Shown here: in pieces, positions 46,882-57,385 of the stretch
Numbering within the stretch: the first letter of the stretch is position 1
Layout of the letters: every line of letters starts with the position of its first letter
Source of the DNA: an uncultured bacterium
GTDB taxonomy: Bacteria > Muiribacteriota > Ozemobacteria > Ozemobacterales > Ozemobacteraceae
NCBI GenBank assembly: GCA_964596185.1
Contig: CAZQUE010000003.1
Location: 65,213-129,212, forward strand
DNA: 64,000 nucleotides
Direction: 5' to 3'
The notes under the pieces: model-generated
Database searches by the model: none
What the model saw: only the letters and a program-made list of their open reading frames with translations
What the model was told of the DNA's origin: nothing
Position numbers and translations under genes: made by a program

Positions 46882-48252
46882 ATGAAACGAGTATCAAGTA
46901 TTTTAATCGTGGCCGCTCTGGTTTTTGCCTCTTTTTCCACAAATTTGCATGCCGCCCCCATGAAAGAATGGACATTGGCAGTATTTTTGAATGCCGACAA
47001 CAATCTTGATCCGTTTGGGGTCGAAGATCAACAGGAAATGAGCCGCGTCGGTTCAAGCGACCATCTCAATATCGTCTCTCTGATCGATCGTGAGCATGGC
47101 CCGGCTCAGATTAATTACATTGAAAAAGGCAAAATTAACAAAGTAAAAGATATGGGCGAGCTTGACATGGGTGATTATCGTCAGCTCGTTAATTTCATGA
47201 AATTCGTCAAAGAAAATTATCCGGCGAAGCATTATTGCTTAACCATCTGGAACCATGGTTCAGGCTGGAAAAACAAAAACGAAAACGCCGTCGTTCGCGG
47301 CATTTCTTATGACGATTCTTCGAACAACCACATTACCAATGCTCAGCTTTCGGTTGCCTTGAAGGAAATCAACTCAGTCATTGGCAAAAAAATCGATATC
47401 GTTGAATTTGATGCATGTTTGATGCAAATGGTTGAAGTAGTCCATGCCTGCAAAGACTACAGCAATTATATAATTGCCTCCGAAGAAACCGAACCGGGAA
47501 AAGGCGCTCCCTATGACGATATTCTTAAAAATGTAAAACCGGGAATGGCTCCAGACGCTTTCTGCAAAAATTGGGTCAAGGCTTTTCTCGCTTCATACAA
47601 CGGTGGCAGTCAGGGTTATGATGAATCTACCCAGTCGGCGATTGATTGCTCTAAATTCGGTAAAATGATGGATGCGATAAATGGTTTTGCCAAAACTTCA
47701 ATGAGCGGTAAATATGCTCGTGACTTTGTAACCGTTCTGCGCCAGGTTCAAAAATTCTCTTATCCCGAAAACATAGATCTGATCCATTTTGCAACCCTTC
47801 TCAAAGCTCAGCTCAAGAATGACGAAGCTATGAAGACTGCTTGCGACAAAGTCATTGCTGCAGCCAACGAAATGATTATCGCTAATGGTTCAACTGGTTA
47901 CTCGACCAAAAATTCAAAAGGTATCGCAATTTATCTGCCAAGCAATTTCATGGTTGAAGCAAAATATAAAACATTGAGTTTCGCCAAAGACAGTATGTGG
48001 GATGAAATGCTTGCCGAATTGATGAACCGCAATATGGCCGACAAAGTTGTTGATGATGTTAAAGCTGGTAGCCTCGAAGCCCTCAAGAAGATTGTGGCTT
48101 TCGCTGAACGCAATCAGCAGGAAAAAGGTCTGTTCCGATTCATCGCTCGCGAACTTAAATTTGAATTCACCCAGGAAAGCAAAGTTCCCGCTGAAATCGA
48201 GTCAGAATTCTTAACTTTGCTCGATCGCCTCACTGAAATTTCCGTAAACTAG
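46882..48252 (+). CDS. clostripain-like cysteine peptidase (MEROPS C11 family), secreted
   Basis: Signal peptide. His-Gly (WNHGSGW) and Cys (FDACLMQM) catalytic-dyad motifs with C11-like spacing. It is paralogous to the next gene. Confidence 0.65.
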   Translation: MKRVSSILIVAALVFASFSTNLHAAPMKEWTLAVFLNADNNLDPFGVEDQQEMSRVGSSDHLNIVSLIDREHGPAQINYIEKGKINKVKDMGELDMGDYRQLVNFMKFVKENYPAKHYCLTIWNHGSGWKNKNENAVVRGISYDDSSNNHITNAQLSVALKEINSVIGKKIDIVEFDACLMQMVEVVHACKDYSNYIIASEETEPGKGAPYDDILKNVKPGMAPDAFCKNWVKAFLASYNGGSQGYDESTQSAIDCSKFGKMMDAINGFAKTSMSGKYARDFVTVLRQVQKFSYPENIDLIHFATLLKAQLKNDEAMKTACDKVIAAANEMIIANGSTGYSTKNSKGIAIYLPSNFMVEAKYKTLSFAKDSMWDEMLAELMNRNMADKVVDDVKAGSLEALKKIVAFAERNQQEKGLFRFIARELKFEFTQESKVPAEIESEFLTLLDRLTEISVN

Positions 48253-48463
48253 AAGTTAAAGCCCGGGCCGGTGGAAAAGCCTGCTCGGGTTTTTTGCCCG
48301 TCGGTAAATCGATTAAGTAACAAGTATTTTTACCGATTTTTTGTTTTGGCCGGTTCAAATTTGTCTTTAAAAAATCGCAGATTTTCTTGACATCGTACAC
48401 TGGGGTTTTTATAATAGACAAAATGAACCAGTAGTATCAGGTTTCGTATAAGATTAAGGAGTA

Positions 48464-49819
48464 ATGAGAATGAAACGAGTACTGAGTATTTTAGCCGTTG
48501 TTTCCCTGATTTGTTCCCTCTGTGCCCCTGTCAGCGCTGCTGAAAAAGAATGGACATTCATGGTTTTCCTGAATTCCGACAATAATCTCGATTCTTTTGG
48601 CGTTGATGACATGAACGAAATGGCAATGGGCGGCGGATCAAATGAATTCCGCAACATCATCTGCCTCATCGACAGAGAACATGGTCCCGCAACTTTGAAC
48701 TATGTCAAACCGACCGGCCCTGAAATGATCAAAGACATGGGCGAACTTGACATGGGCGACTATAAAGAATTTGTAAAATTCGTAACTGAAACCGCAAAAG
48801 CTTATCCGGCAAAAAATTATGCCGCAATCATCTGGAATCACGGTTCTGGCTGGAAAGATGCCAACGGCGAAATCCTCAAAGGCATTTCTTACGATGATTC
48901 TTCAAATAACCACATCACCACTGCACAGCTGACCATCGCTCTTGCTGAAATCGAAAAGAATCTTGGCAAAAAGCTCGACGTTCTCGGTTTTGATGCTTGT
49001 TTGATGCAGATGATCGAAGTTGCTTATGCCGTAAAAGATCATGCCGGTTACCTGGTTGCTTCAGAAGAAACTGAACCCGGTGAAGGCTGGTGCTATGATG
49101 ATATCGGCAAAGCCTGGAAAAAAGGCCTGACCCCAGCTCAGCTCGCTTCCTTGATCGTTGAAGAATATGCTGCTTCTTATAGCGGTGGCAGCGCCGGTTC
49201 TTCTTCTACTACCCAGTCAGCTCTTGATTGTTCAAAAATCGACAATCTCGCCGATGCCATCAATGGTCTTTGCAAAACTGTAATCGCCGGTAACTTCGCC
49301 GTAGAATTCAAAAATGCTCTCAACAGCGTTCAGAAATTTTATTACAGAACCAATATCGACCTTGGCCATTTTGCTAAACTGACCAAAAATACCATCAAAG
49401 ACGAAGCTTATCAGACTGCAGTTACCAAGCTTGAAAAAGCTCTCGACGCGGTAATCATCAAAAATGGTCTCAGCGGCTACAATACCAAAAACGCCACTGG
49501 CCTGGCCATCTATTTCCCGACTTCTTCCTATAGCTTCTCAGCTCAGTACAAAGAACTGGCTTTTGCCCAGGAAACCATGTGGGAACAGATGGTAAAAGAT
49601 TACTATGTAAAATCAACTGCCAAGAAAATTCTTGCTGAAGTTGCAGAAGGCAATGTTAATGCTCTCAGAGATTATGTTAACACTGCAAATGAAAAGAACC
49701 GCAGCGTAAGCAATGCTCTGATCAGCCAGATCAACTTCGCCGTGTTTGCCGAAGGCAATGCTGATTCTAACACTCAGGACAGCGTGCGCACTCTGGTTCA
49801 GGAACTCAAAAACAAGTAA
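48464..49819 (+). CDS. clostripain-like cysteine peptidase (C11 family), tandem paralog
   Basis: About 55-60% identity by eye to 46882..48252, with the same WNHGSGW and FDACLMQM motifs. The upstream region shares the CGTATAAGATT...GAGAATGAAACGAGTA sequence with its paralog. Confidence 0.65.
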   Translation: MRMKRVLSILAVVSLICSLCAPVSAAEKEWTFMVFLNSDNNLDSFGVDDMNEMAMGGGSNEFRNIICLIDREHGPATLNYVKPTGPEMIKDMGELDMGDYKEFVKFVTETAKAYPAKNYAAIIWNHGSGWKDANGEILKGISYDDSSNNHITTAQLTIALAEIEKNLGKKLDVLGFDACLMQMIEVAYAVKDHAGYLVASEETEPGEGWCYDDIGKAWKKGLTPAQLASLIVEEYAASYSGGSAGSSSTTQSALDCSKIDNLADAINGLCKTVIAGNFAVEFKNALNSVQKFYYRTNIDLGHFAKLTKNTIKDEAYQTAVTKLEKALDAVIIKNGLSGYNTKNATGLAIYFPTSSYSFSAQYKELAFAQETMWEQMVKDYYVKSTAKKILAEVAEGNVNALRDYVNTANEKNRSVSNALISQINFAVFAEGNADSNTQDSVRTLVQELKNK

Positions 49820-49838
49820 TTTTTAAAACTCAAAAAGA

Positions 49839-49869
49839 GGCCGTCCCGTAAGGGATGGCCTTTTTTTTT
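49839..49869 (+). terminator. Rho-independent terminator (GGCCGTCCC-GTAA-GGGATGGCC then T9)
   Basis: Strong hairpin plus T9. Confidence 0.7.
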
Positions 49870-50162
49870 GAAAAACTATCTTAAAATAATTCTTTGAAAA
49901 TAGAGATAACCTGGGGATGCTTTTTTTGCGAACTTACCGGTCAAAAAAGCGTTGAAACATTGTTTTGTCAGTTCAGCAGATTTGCTGTTTGGAACTGCCT
50001 AAATCGAAATCGAGTCCCGGGTAAAAACCTGAATACATAACAAATTGGCATGAAATTGTGAGTTTGCTGGCGAAAGGCCGATCAATAGCAGAAAATCAGT
50101 CGCTTTACATATCTTTACAAAGCGCTCAGTGAAATTATTTGCAGAAAGCAGCGGCCGATGAT

Positions 50163-50188
50163 AAAATGACTGGGCGGTCAGTCATTTT
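50163..50188. promoter_or_regulatory. perfect palindrome AAAATGACTG-N6-CAGTCATTTT, candidate TetR operator upstream of the tetR-efflux operon
   Basis: 10-bp perfect inverted repeat with a 6-bp spacer, 40 bp upstream of the TetR start. Confidence 0.5.
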
Positions 50189-50228
50189 AAGTTGAAAATG
50201 GCTGCAAACTATCTGGAGGCGAGATTGC

Positions 50229-50822
50229 TTGGTTACCGATAAAAAAGAAAAGATTCTCGAAGCGGCATTGAAGATTTTTACCGACAATGGCTATCATCTG
50301 ACCAAACTCGAAGATGTTACCAAAGCCGCCGGTGTGGCAAAGGGAACTCTATACCTGTATTTCAAGAGTAAGGAAGATCTGTTTCTGCATTGTCTTCTCG
50401 ATGGTATGGAAAAAGCCATGAAGCAGGCACAGATTATCATAGATGGGCCGGGAGATACTGCCGATCGTCTGAAAAAACTGGTTCAACTTCAGGCTGATTT
50501 ACATGCTCATAATGGTCCTCTGATCCAGCAATTCGTCATGAGTGGCAATCAATTTTCGTCGAAATCTAACTCAACCTGCCAATTTTTCGAAAGAATGCAA
50601 CGTTGGACAAGTATTTATGCCGAATTTTTCAAGCAGGCAATTGAAAATGGTGATTTTTCTACCCGCCTTACTCCTCTGCAAATGGCGATTATTTTTCATC
50701 AGGTATTCGATCTGAACTTGAAATTCAGGCTTTTTGCCGCCCCGATGTTTTCTCCGGAACGATGTCTGAGTCTTTTGCTGAAAATGTTCAAATCCGAATC
50801 CGGCGATTCGACAGGAGAATAA
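50229..50822 (+). CDS. TetR/AcrR family transcriptional regulator
   Basis: N-terminal HTH KILEAALKIFTDNGYHLTKLEDVTKAAGVAKGTLYLYFKSKEDLF. TTG start with a Shine-Dalgarno. Confidence 0.75.
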   Translation: MVTDKKEKILEAALKIFTDNGYHLTKLEDVTKAAGVAKGTLYLYFKSKEDLFLHCLLDGMEKAMKQAQIIIDGPGDTADRLKKLVQLQADLHAHNGPLIQQFVMSGNQFSSKSNSTCQFFERMQRWTSIYAEFFKQAIENGDFSTRLTPLQMAIIFHQVFDLNLKFRLFAAPMFSPERCLSLLLKMFKSESGDSTGE

Positions 50823-50826
50823 ATCA

Positions 50827-52242
50827 ATGCATATCAATTATCGAAAGTTCTTCGCTCTTCTTTTCATGCTTTCAATATTTTGCATCTGCCTGGTCAGCGC
50901 GCAAACTGATGTTGAGATTATAAGCGAACAAGCTGATTCCAGCCTTAAGAAAACTGTCGGCTCAAGTGCTGTTTCTCTAAATAATGTCAGTCTTGACGAT
51001 ATTCTTGTTCTGGCCCTTGAGCGTAACCGGACTGTGAAAGGTGCAAAACAACAGATCGATTCGGCTGATGCCAGGGTTCTTCAGGCGAGATCAGCTCTCG
51101 GAACAAAAATTACCGGCAATTTCCGCCAGGTCCGGGTCGATGACGTCGCCAAATCTGTAGTCGGCGGGAAAACTGTCGATCTTGGCAAAAAAGAAAGCCA
51201 ACAAGCCTATTTTGAGCTGTCACAGCCGGTTTTTTTTAGTGGAAAAGATCGCTGGGCTTTGAAATCGGCTCGACTTGGTCGCACTCTTGCTGATGCGGGC
51301 CATACTCTGACCCGGCAAAGCGTCATTCTGGAAACGACCATGCGCTGGTTAGCCTGGCTGTTCGCTGAAGAGGCCGAAAAGGTCAGTGAAAAAGATCTTG
51401 AGCTGGCACAGGCACACTTTGACCTGGTAACGACAAGATACAAGCATCAGCAAGTTTCCCAGTTCGAGGTGCTCAGAGCGGAAGTTCGCCTGGCCCAGGC
51501 TCGCAGCGATTTGCGCAAGAATCAGAATTCAAGTGAGCTGGCGCTATTGAATCTTATTAGAATTCTTGATCTTCCGGTCGACACACCGGTTACTACAAGT
51601 GAAAAGCTTGAAATGCGCGAAATTTCCATAGATCTTGCCAGAGATTCGCAAGAAGCAAGACAGCTTCGCGAGGATCTTCGCATGAAAAAACTAGAGGTTG
51701 ATATTGCCCGACAGTCAATCGCTTCGGCTCGCAGTGAAAATCAGCCGGTAATAAGTGTTTTTGCCCAGAGCGGCGTTCAGGATCCTTCGTCTAAATCATC
51801 AATGGGAAACTATGAACGCAAGAGTTACTGGCAGGCCGGGGTCGTTGCCAACTTTACTCTGGCTGACGGCGGTATGCGCAAAGGAAAAATCAAGGAAGCC
51901 CATTCTCGACTCACTCTGGCTGAGAATTCTCTGCAGGAGGCTTATGAAAGCGCCGACGTAGAAATTCGTCAGGCCTATTTGACCATCGAAACTGCCCGCG
52001 AAGTAGTAGCTGCACAGAAACAGGCATTAAAGCAGGCAGAAGAGGCTTTGCGCCTTGCCGGGGTCAGATATAACAACGGCCTTTTCACACAAGTTGAGTT
52101 GTTCGACGCCGAAAACGCTTATTTGGCAACGCGTTTGCAGTATTTACAGGCAATTTTCAGCTATCGTCAGGCAGTTGTGTCTTATCAACTGGCAACCGGT
52201 AGTTTGGGGCGCGATTTAATCATAAAAGCCTCTTTACCTTGA
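50827..52242 (+). CDS. outer membrane efflux protein (TolC-like OMF)
   Basis: Signal peptide. Two repeated halves with coiled-coil segments typical of OMFs. Sits in an operon with MFP and RND genes. Confidence 0.7.
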   Translation: MHINYRKFFALLFMLSIFCICLVSAQTDVEIISEQADSSLKKTVGSSAVSLNNVSLDDILVLALERNRTVKGAKQQIDSADARVLQARSALGTKITGNFRQVRVDDVAKSVVGGKTVDLGKKESQQAYFELSQPVFFSGKDRWALKSARLGRTLADAGHTLTRQSVILETTMRWLAWLFAEEAEKVSEKDLELAQAHFDLVTTRYKHQQVSQFEVLRAEVRLAQARSDLRKNQNSSELALLNLIRILDLPVDTPVTTSEKLEMREISIDLARDSQEARQLREDLRMKKLEVDIARQSIASARSENQPVISVFAQSGVQDPSSKSSMGNYERKSYWQAGVVANFTLADGGMRKGKIKEAHSRLTLAENSLQEAYESADVEIRQAYLTIETAREVVAAQKQALKQAEEALRLAGVRYNNGLFTQVELFDAENAYLATRLQYLQAIFSYRQAVVSYQLATGSLGRDLIIKASLP

Positions 52243-53588
52243 AACAGGAGAAATTTGAAATGTGCAAAAAGAATTCTAAGCAACTGAACAGATTAAATAG
52301 GCTTTTAAAATTTGCTTTGGGTGCCAGTATGATTTTTATCAGCTGTGTCGCAATTTGTAACTCGTCATTTGCAGCTTCGACAACCCAGATGGCAGCATTG
52401 CCGACGGCGGTTGATGCTGAAAAAGCTCCTCCGGTGGTTGTGGTCAGGGTCAAAACGGCTGATATTAGCCAGGAGCTGCAAACGTCTGGCGAAGTCCTTC
52501 CCTTTCTTGGTGCAGATATTCACCCGAAAATCGGCGGAGAAATCATAAAAATCAATGTTAGCGAAGGTTCCATGGTAAAGCCAGGCGATGTTCTTGCAGA
52601 AATAGACCATCGCATTCTCGATGCCCAGCTCGAACAAGCTAAGGCGGCAGTTACCGTCGCCAGAGCGGCAGCTGAAGTTCAGGAGGTAATGTACAAGACA
52701 TCAAAGACTTCTCTGACCTCTGCCAAAGCACAGTATGAGGCGGTACAGGCCAATGTCACCAATCTTGCCACGACCAGAAAGCGCTTTGAACATCTGTTCA
52801 AAGAAGGTGCCGTTTCAGCTCAGCAACTCGATGATATCGTTGCCAGACACGATGCTGCCAAAGCACAGTTGGTCTCGGCTGAATCTGCGATTCGTCAGGC
52901 TGAGGACGGTATCGAAACCAGCCGGGTTACCTTGAAAATGAAGCAGGCACAGCTGGCGCAAGCAGAATCTAATCTCAACGCCGTAGAAGTTCAGCGTGAA
53001 AACGCATTTGTTAAGACTCCTTTTGCCGGAGTGATTACCAAAAAACTGCTCGACCCTGGCGCGATGGCTAATGTGGCTCAGCCGATATTCAGACTTGAAC
53101 AGATGAATCCGGTCAAGGTTATCGGCAGTCTGGTAGAAAAAGATCTGCTTTCGCTGCAGGCGAAAAAGACAAAGGCCACAGTAAGAATAGCCCTTTTGAA
53201 TCGTGAGTTTTCAGGTATCGTTGACAAGGTTTATCCGGCAATCAGTGCCAAAACCAGAACCGGTGAATTTGAACTGGTGATCGATAATCCAGACAATGTT
53301 TTGCGTTCGGGCATGTATACGAGCATCAGTCTTTATCTCGACACTGCCAAAGGCGCAGTAATAGTTCCCAGAGACGCTCTTCTCACGCAGGGCATCGATA
53401 TGGTTGCCATTCGAGTTAACAAAGATTCTATTGCCGAAAGAGTCAAGGTGCGTGTCGGCATTGTGCAAAACACTTCCGCCCAGATTCTTGAAGGTCTCGA
53501 ACCAGGCGATTTGATTGTTTCCCAGGGACCTGAGCTGGTTAAAACCGGGAGCAGGGTGAAGCCGATATTGGTGGAGGATAAACCATGA
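52239..53588 (+). CDS. efflux RND transporter periplasmic adaptor subunit (MFP/HlyD family)
   Basis: Biotinyl/lipoyl-like hairpin (VKPGDVLAEID), a long alpha-hairpin, beta-barrel motifs. Confidence 0.75.
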   Translation: MKQEKFEMCKKNSKQLNRLNRLLKFALGASMIFISCVAICNSSFAASTTQMAALPTAVDAEKAPPVVVVRVKTADISQELQTSGEVLPFLGADIHPKIGGEIIKINVSEGSMVKPGDVLAEIDHRILDAQLEQAKAAVTVARAAAEVQEVMYKTSKTSLTSAKAQYEAVQANVTNLATTRKRFEHLFKEGAVSAQQLDDIVARHDAAKAQLVSAESAIRQAEDGIETSRVTLKMKQAQLAQAESNLNAVEVQRENAFVKTPFAGVITKKLLDPGAMANVAQPIFRLEQMNPVKVIGSLVEKDLLSLQAKKTKATVRIALLNREFSGIVDKVYPAISAKTRTGEFELVIDNPDNVLRSGMYTSISLYLDTAKGAVIVPRDALLTQGIDMVAIRVNKDSIAERVKVRVGIVQNTSAQILEGLEPGDLIVSQGPELVKTGSRVKPILVEDKP

Positions 53589-56500
53589 ATCTATCAGTAT
53601 TTGGGGTAAAATGGCCGGTTACTACCTCGATGGTCTTTTTGGCCATGGTTTTACTCGGCGCATTTTCATGGACCCAGCTGGGGCTTGATCTGATGCCCGA
53701 TTTTGAAATTCCCGCAGTTTCTATCATTACAACTTATTCAGGTGCCGGTCCGCAGGAAATTGAATCGACCATTACCGAAATTATCGAAGAAGGGGTTTCA
53801 ACTGTTGAAAACGTCGATGAGATAACTTCGCAGTCTCTCGAAGGCGTTTCAGTGGTTACGGTAAAGTTCAACTGGGGCATCGATCTTGGTGATGCAACCA
53901 GCGACATTCGCGACAAACTCGACCTGGTATCGCGTCAATTGCCCGAAGATGCTGAAAAGCCTTTTATTTTCAAATTCAATACGTCAATGATTCCAGTCAT
54001 CATGCTTGCCGTAACCGCTGACGAAAGCTGGGAAAAGCTCGATAAAATCGTCGATCGCAAAATCATCGATTCGCTCAAGCGTGTCCGGGGCGTTGCAACA
54101 GCTATTAAGCGTGGCGGCGACGAACGCGGCATTCTCGTGGATCTTGACCGTGAAAGAATCCAGGCAACCGGTTTGACCGGAGATCGGATTGTGGCGCTGC
54201 TGGCGGCACAGAACCTGGACAATCCCGGCGGTCATATCAAGCAGGGGCAGTTCGAGTATCTGATCAGAACCCCCGGAAAGTTCACGAGAGTTGGAGATCT
54301 TGAGTCGGTAGTAGTCGCAACCAGACCTGGAGTCGTACGCCTGGGCGATGTCGCCGATATCAAAGATGGATTTCTCGAACGTTCAAATGATTTTTTGATT
54401 GGCGGAAAGCGTGGAATTGGAGTCATGGTGCAGAAGCAATCGGGCGCTAATACCGTATCGGTATCCAAAGCGATAAAAAAAGCACTGCCCGAAATTCAGG
54501 CCGCTCTACCGCCCGATGTCAAGATTCACATCTTTTTCGACACCTCTGATTTCATCAGCAACACCATCCGAAATTTGACCAAAGCCGTTCTCTTTGGTGG
54601 TATTGCCGTATTTTTCGTGATTTTCTTCTTTTTGCGTGATTTCAAGGCCAGCATCATTGTCTGCACCACCATTCCAACTTCGTTGATCATCACCTTCATG
54701 CTGATGTACATGGCGGGTTTTACTCTCAATCAGATTTCTCTTTCGAGTCTGGCTATCGCCATCGGAATGGTTGTCGACAATGCTATTGTCGTTCTCGACA
54801 ATATCAAAAGGTATCTCGAGCGGGGTGTTTCTTCGCGAGAAAGCGCAATTTCAGGCGCTGTCGAAATGGGAACCGCAGTTATGGCTTCAACGCTGACGAC
54901 AATCGTAATCTTTCTACCGATCGTATTTACAACCGGTATGACCAACATCATGTTCGGCCAGCTTGCGGCAATCGTAATTATGGCATTGGTTGCCTCACTT
55001 TTGGCGGCATTGATGCTGACGCCGATGATGAGCTCCAAACTGCTGCGACCCAGTCTGGAAGCACTGAATCAGAATTCACCAAAAAGGATGGATTCTTTAG
55101 CGCATCTGGAAAAATTTTATGGCAGAGTTCTTGAAATAGTCCTTAATAATCGTTGGAAAACCGTTGGTGCGCTGGGTGTGCTTTTGTTCTTGTCGCTCGG
55201 ATTGGCCCGTCTGGTCGGGGCTGATTTCATGCCCGAACAGGATCAGGGGCGACTTACTATCAAATATGAACTTCCCGTCGGTACCAGATATGAGATAACT
55301 GGTCAGGTAGGCAAAGAGATTGAAAAAGTTGTTAGAAAAATGGTACCCGAAGTTGAGGCGATTCTGGTTCGCTATGGTCGCCCAAACGGTGATCCAGGTT
55401 CGGTAATTACCGGTTCGAAAGAATACTCGCACACCGGCCAGGTAAATCTGCGCCTGGTTTCGAAAGAAAAGCGTTCGCGTGGAATAAAGCAGGTAATTGA
55501 AGAAATAAGACCTGAGCTGGAAAAGATTCCCGGCGTCGTTATCAGATTCGATTCAGGAGACCCCCTGGCCAATATGATTGGCGCGGGCGGTGCCGGGTTT
55601 ACTCTGAATCTTTATGGTTATGATCTTGAAACAGCGATGAAATGGGCGAAAGAACTCAAGGCAAAGCTTGAAGAAGTGCCTGGTCTGAAAGATCTCGAAA
55701 TCAGTCAGGATCTTGCCCAACCGGAACTACAGGTCGTAATAGACCGTGAAAAGGCTTCATCTTTCGGTTTCAACGTAACTGAAATAGCCAGAACCATTGA
55801 AACTTATATCAATGGCAACAGCAGAGTGAAATACCAGGAAGATGGCGAAGAATACGATATCGTCGTGCGTTTGCGCGAAGAAGATCGTGCCAGAACCACC
55901 GATCTTGCTCAGATTCCTTTGATAACCCCTGCTGGTCAGACTATCAGACTTGAAAATGTTGCACGCATCGTTAATGAATTCGGCCCGACCAGCATTGCCA
56001 GAAACGAGCAGGAAAGGTATGTGCAGATTGTCGGTCAGGTTTATGGCCGCGGCTCAGGTGATGTCAGTGCCGATGCCCGGGCGATTATCGAATCGATTCC
56101 GGTTCCGCCTGGCTTTTCCTGGCGTTTTGCCGGAAACGAAGAAGAGCGTAAAGAGTCTTTTCTGTTAATGTTCCAGGCTATGCTTTTGGGAATGATTCTC
56201 GTTTACATGGTGATGGCATCACAGTTTGAATCATTGCTTGCACCTTTTATCATTGGCTTCAGCGTACCTTTCGGTTTCATGGGGGCGATTTTCGCTCTGG
56301 TAATTACCGGATTTCGCCTTTCGATCGTTTCATTGCTTGGTTTTCTGATTTTAATCGGTATTGTCGTTAACAATGGTATTGTTTTGATCAGTTACATAAA
56401 CGTTCTGGTTCGTCGAAAGATACCATTGCGTCAAGCTTTGGCCGAAGCCGGAAAAAGTCGTTTGCGCCCGGTTCTTTCAACGACGGCGACAACCATGCTT

Positions 56501-56686
56501 GGCATGCTGCCGATGACTCTTTCTACCGGTGAAGGAGCGGAAGTCTGGGTTCCGTTAAGCCTGAGCGTAATCGGGGGGCTTGCAGTTTCAACGATGATGA
56601 CGCTGATATTCATGCCGGTTTTGTATTCTCTTTTCAGTCGCTGGTTGCTGCCGAAAAGACACAAATCTCTGATGGAGGCAAAATGA
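53585..56686 (+). CDS. RND efflux transporter permease (AcrB/AcrD/AcrF family)
   Basis: 1033 aa with a 12-TM layout and two large periplasmic loops. Typical motifs are present (GGANTVSVSKAIK, VVLDNIKRYLE, LSTGEGAEVWVPL). Confidence 0.85.
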   Translation: MNLSVFGVKWPVTTSMVFLAMVLLGAFSWTQLGLDLMPDFEIPAVSIITTYSGAGPQEIESTITEIIEEGVSTVENVDEITSQSLEGVSVVTVKFNWGIDLGDATSDIRDKLDLVSRQLPEDAEKPFIFKFNTSMIPVIMLAVTADESWEKLDKIVDRKIIDSLKRVRGVATAIKRGGDERGILVDLDRERIQATGLTGDRIVALLAAQNLDNPGGHIKQGQFEYLIRTPGKFTRVGDLESVVVATRPGVVRLGDVADIKDGFLERSNDFLIGGKRGIGVMVQKQSGANTVSVSKAIKKALPEIQAALPPDVKIHIFFDTSDFISNTIRNLTKAVLFGGIAVFFVIFFFLRDFKASIIVCTTIPTSLIITFMLMYMAGFTLNQISLSSLAIAIGMVVDNAIVVLDNIKRYLERGVSSRESAISGAVEMGTAVMASTLTTIVIFLPIVFTTGMTNIMFGQLAAIVIMALVASLLAALMLTPMMSSKLLRPSLEALNQNSPKRMDSLAHLEKFYGRVLEIVLNNRWKTVGALGVLLFLSLGLARLVGADFMPEQDQGRLTIKYELPVGTRYEITGQVGKEIEKVVRKMVPEVEAILVRYGRPNGDPGSVITGSKEYSHTGQVNLRLVSKEKRSRGIKQVIEEIRPELEKIPGVVIRFDSGDPLANMIGAGGAGFTLNLYGYDLETAMKWAKELKAKLEEVPGLKDLEISQDLAQPELQVVIDREKASSFGFNVTEIARTIETYINGNSRVKYQEDGEEYDIVVRLREEDRARTTDLAQIPLITPAGQTIRLENVARIVNEFGPTSIARNEQERYVQIVGQVYGRGSGDVSADARAIIESIPVPPGFSWRFAGNEEERKESFLLMFQAMLLGMILVYMVMASQFESLLAPFIIGFSVPFGFMGAIFALVITGFRLSIVSLLGFLILIGIVVNNGIVLISYINVLVRRKIPLRQALAEAGKSRLRPVLSTTATTMLGMLPMTLSTGEGAEVWVPLSLSVIGGLAVSTMMTLIFMPVLYSLFSRWLLPKRHKSLMEAK

Positions 56687-56976
56687 TGGAGTTTCTGATC
56701 ATTGTCTGTAGCGCAACCTTGCAGGATGAAATTGACGCTTTGTTTGAGCGGCTTGAAATTAGCAATTACACTCATGTTCCTGAGGCCACCGGTTCTGGTA
56801 AGGGTGGCGGCACAAGATTGAACGATGAGATCTGGCCCGGCGAAAACAGTATGTATATGATTGCCGGCAGTCCTGCTCAGGCTGCAAAAATCAAGGAGTG
56901 GGTGAAAGAATACCGGCAACGGCCATTGCGCGAAGGTCTGAAACTGTTTTCTCTGCCGCTTAATGAGGTAATTTGA
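56683..56976 (+). CDS. small hypothetical protein translationally coupled to the RND gene (possible PII-like fold)
   Basis: ATGA overlap with the RND stop. 97 aa. Confidence 0.4.
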   Translation: MMEFLIIVCSATLQDEIDALFERLEISNYTHVPEATGSGKGGGTRLNDEIWPGENSMYMIAGSPAQAAKIKEWVKEYRQRPLREGLKLFSLPLNEVI

Positions 56977-57015
56977 GGGTTTCTAAAATTGAACCCTTGT
57001 TTGAAAGCCTAAAGC

Positions 57016-57040
57016 AAAAAAGCCGCCTGATGGCGGCTTT
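57016..57040. terminator. bidirectional hairpin terminator (AGCCGCC-TGAT-GGCGGCT flanked by A-run and T-run)
   Basis: AAAAAAGCCGCCTGATGGCGGCTTT lies between convergent genes. Confidence 0.55.
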
Positions 57041-57082
57041 AACAATTTTAGAGGAGTTTTATGGAGAAAGCTTGCAAAGAAG

Positions 57083-57385
57083 CTATTTTCGAACCTTGTT
57101 TTTCATGTTATCCAGAACGGCTTTGAGGGTTTTAACGTCTGCTTTCATTTCCTTGATCTGCATCATGATTACCTGTGCCTGTTCCTGGGATTCTGGGCCG
57201 CCTTCTTCGTTGAGTTTGCGAAGTTCTTCGTAAGCTGCCTGAATCCGTTCGTTGAGCTCACTGATTTTCTGGCCGACTTCAAACATTTCGTGTTTGGTGG
57301 CTGCCTGGATCATCGATCCAAAAAGGGTGAATACAAAAAGAGTCAGGACCAGGGCGATACTTCTTTTACTTACCAGATTGTTCAT
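57083..57385 (-). CDS. secreted coiled-coil hypothetical protein
   Basis: Signal peptide followed by a heptad-rich region. Confidence 0.45.
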   Translation of the reverse strand: MNNLVSKRSIALVLTLFVFTLFGSMIQAATKHEMFEVGQKISELNERIQAAYEELRKLNEEGGPESQEQAQVIMMQIKEMKADVKTLKAVLDNMKNKVRK

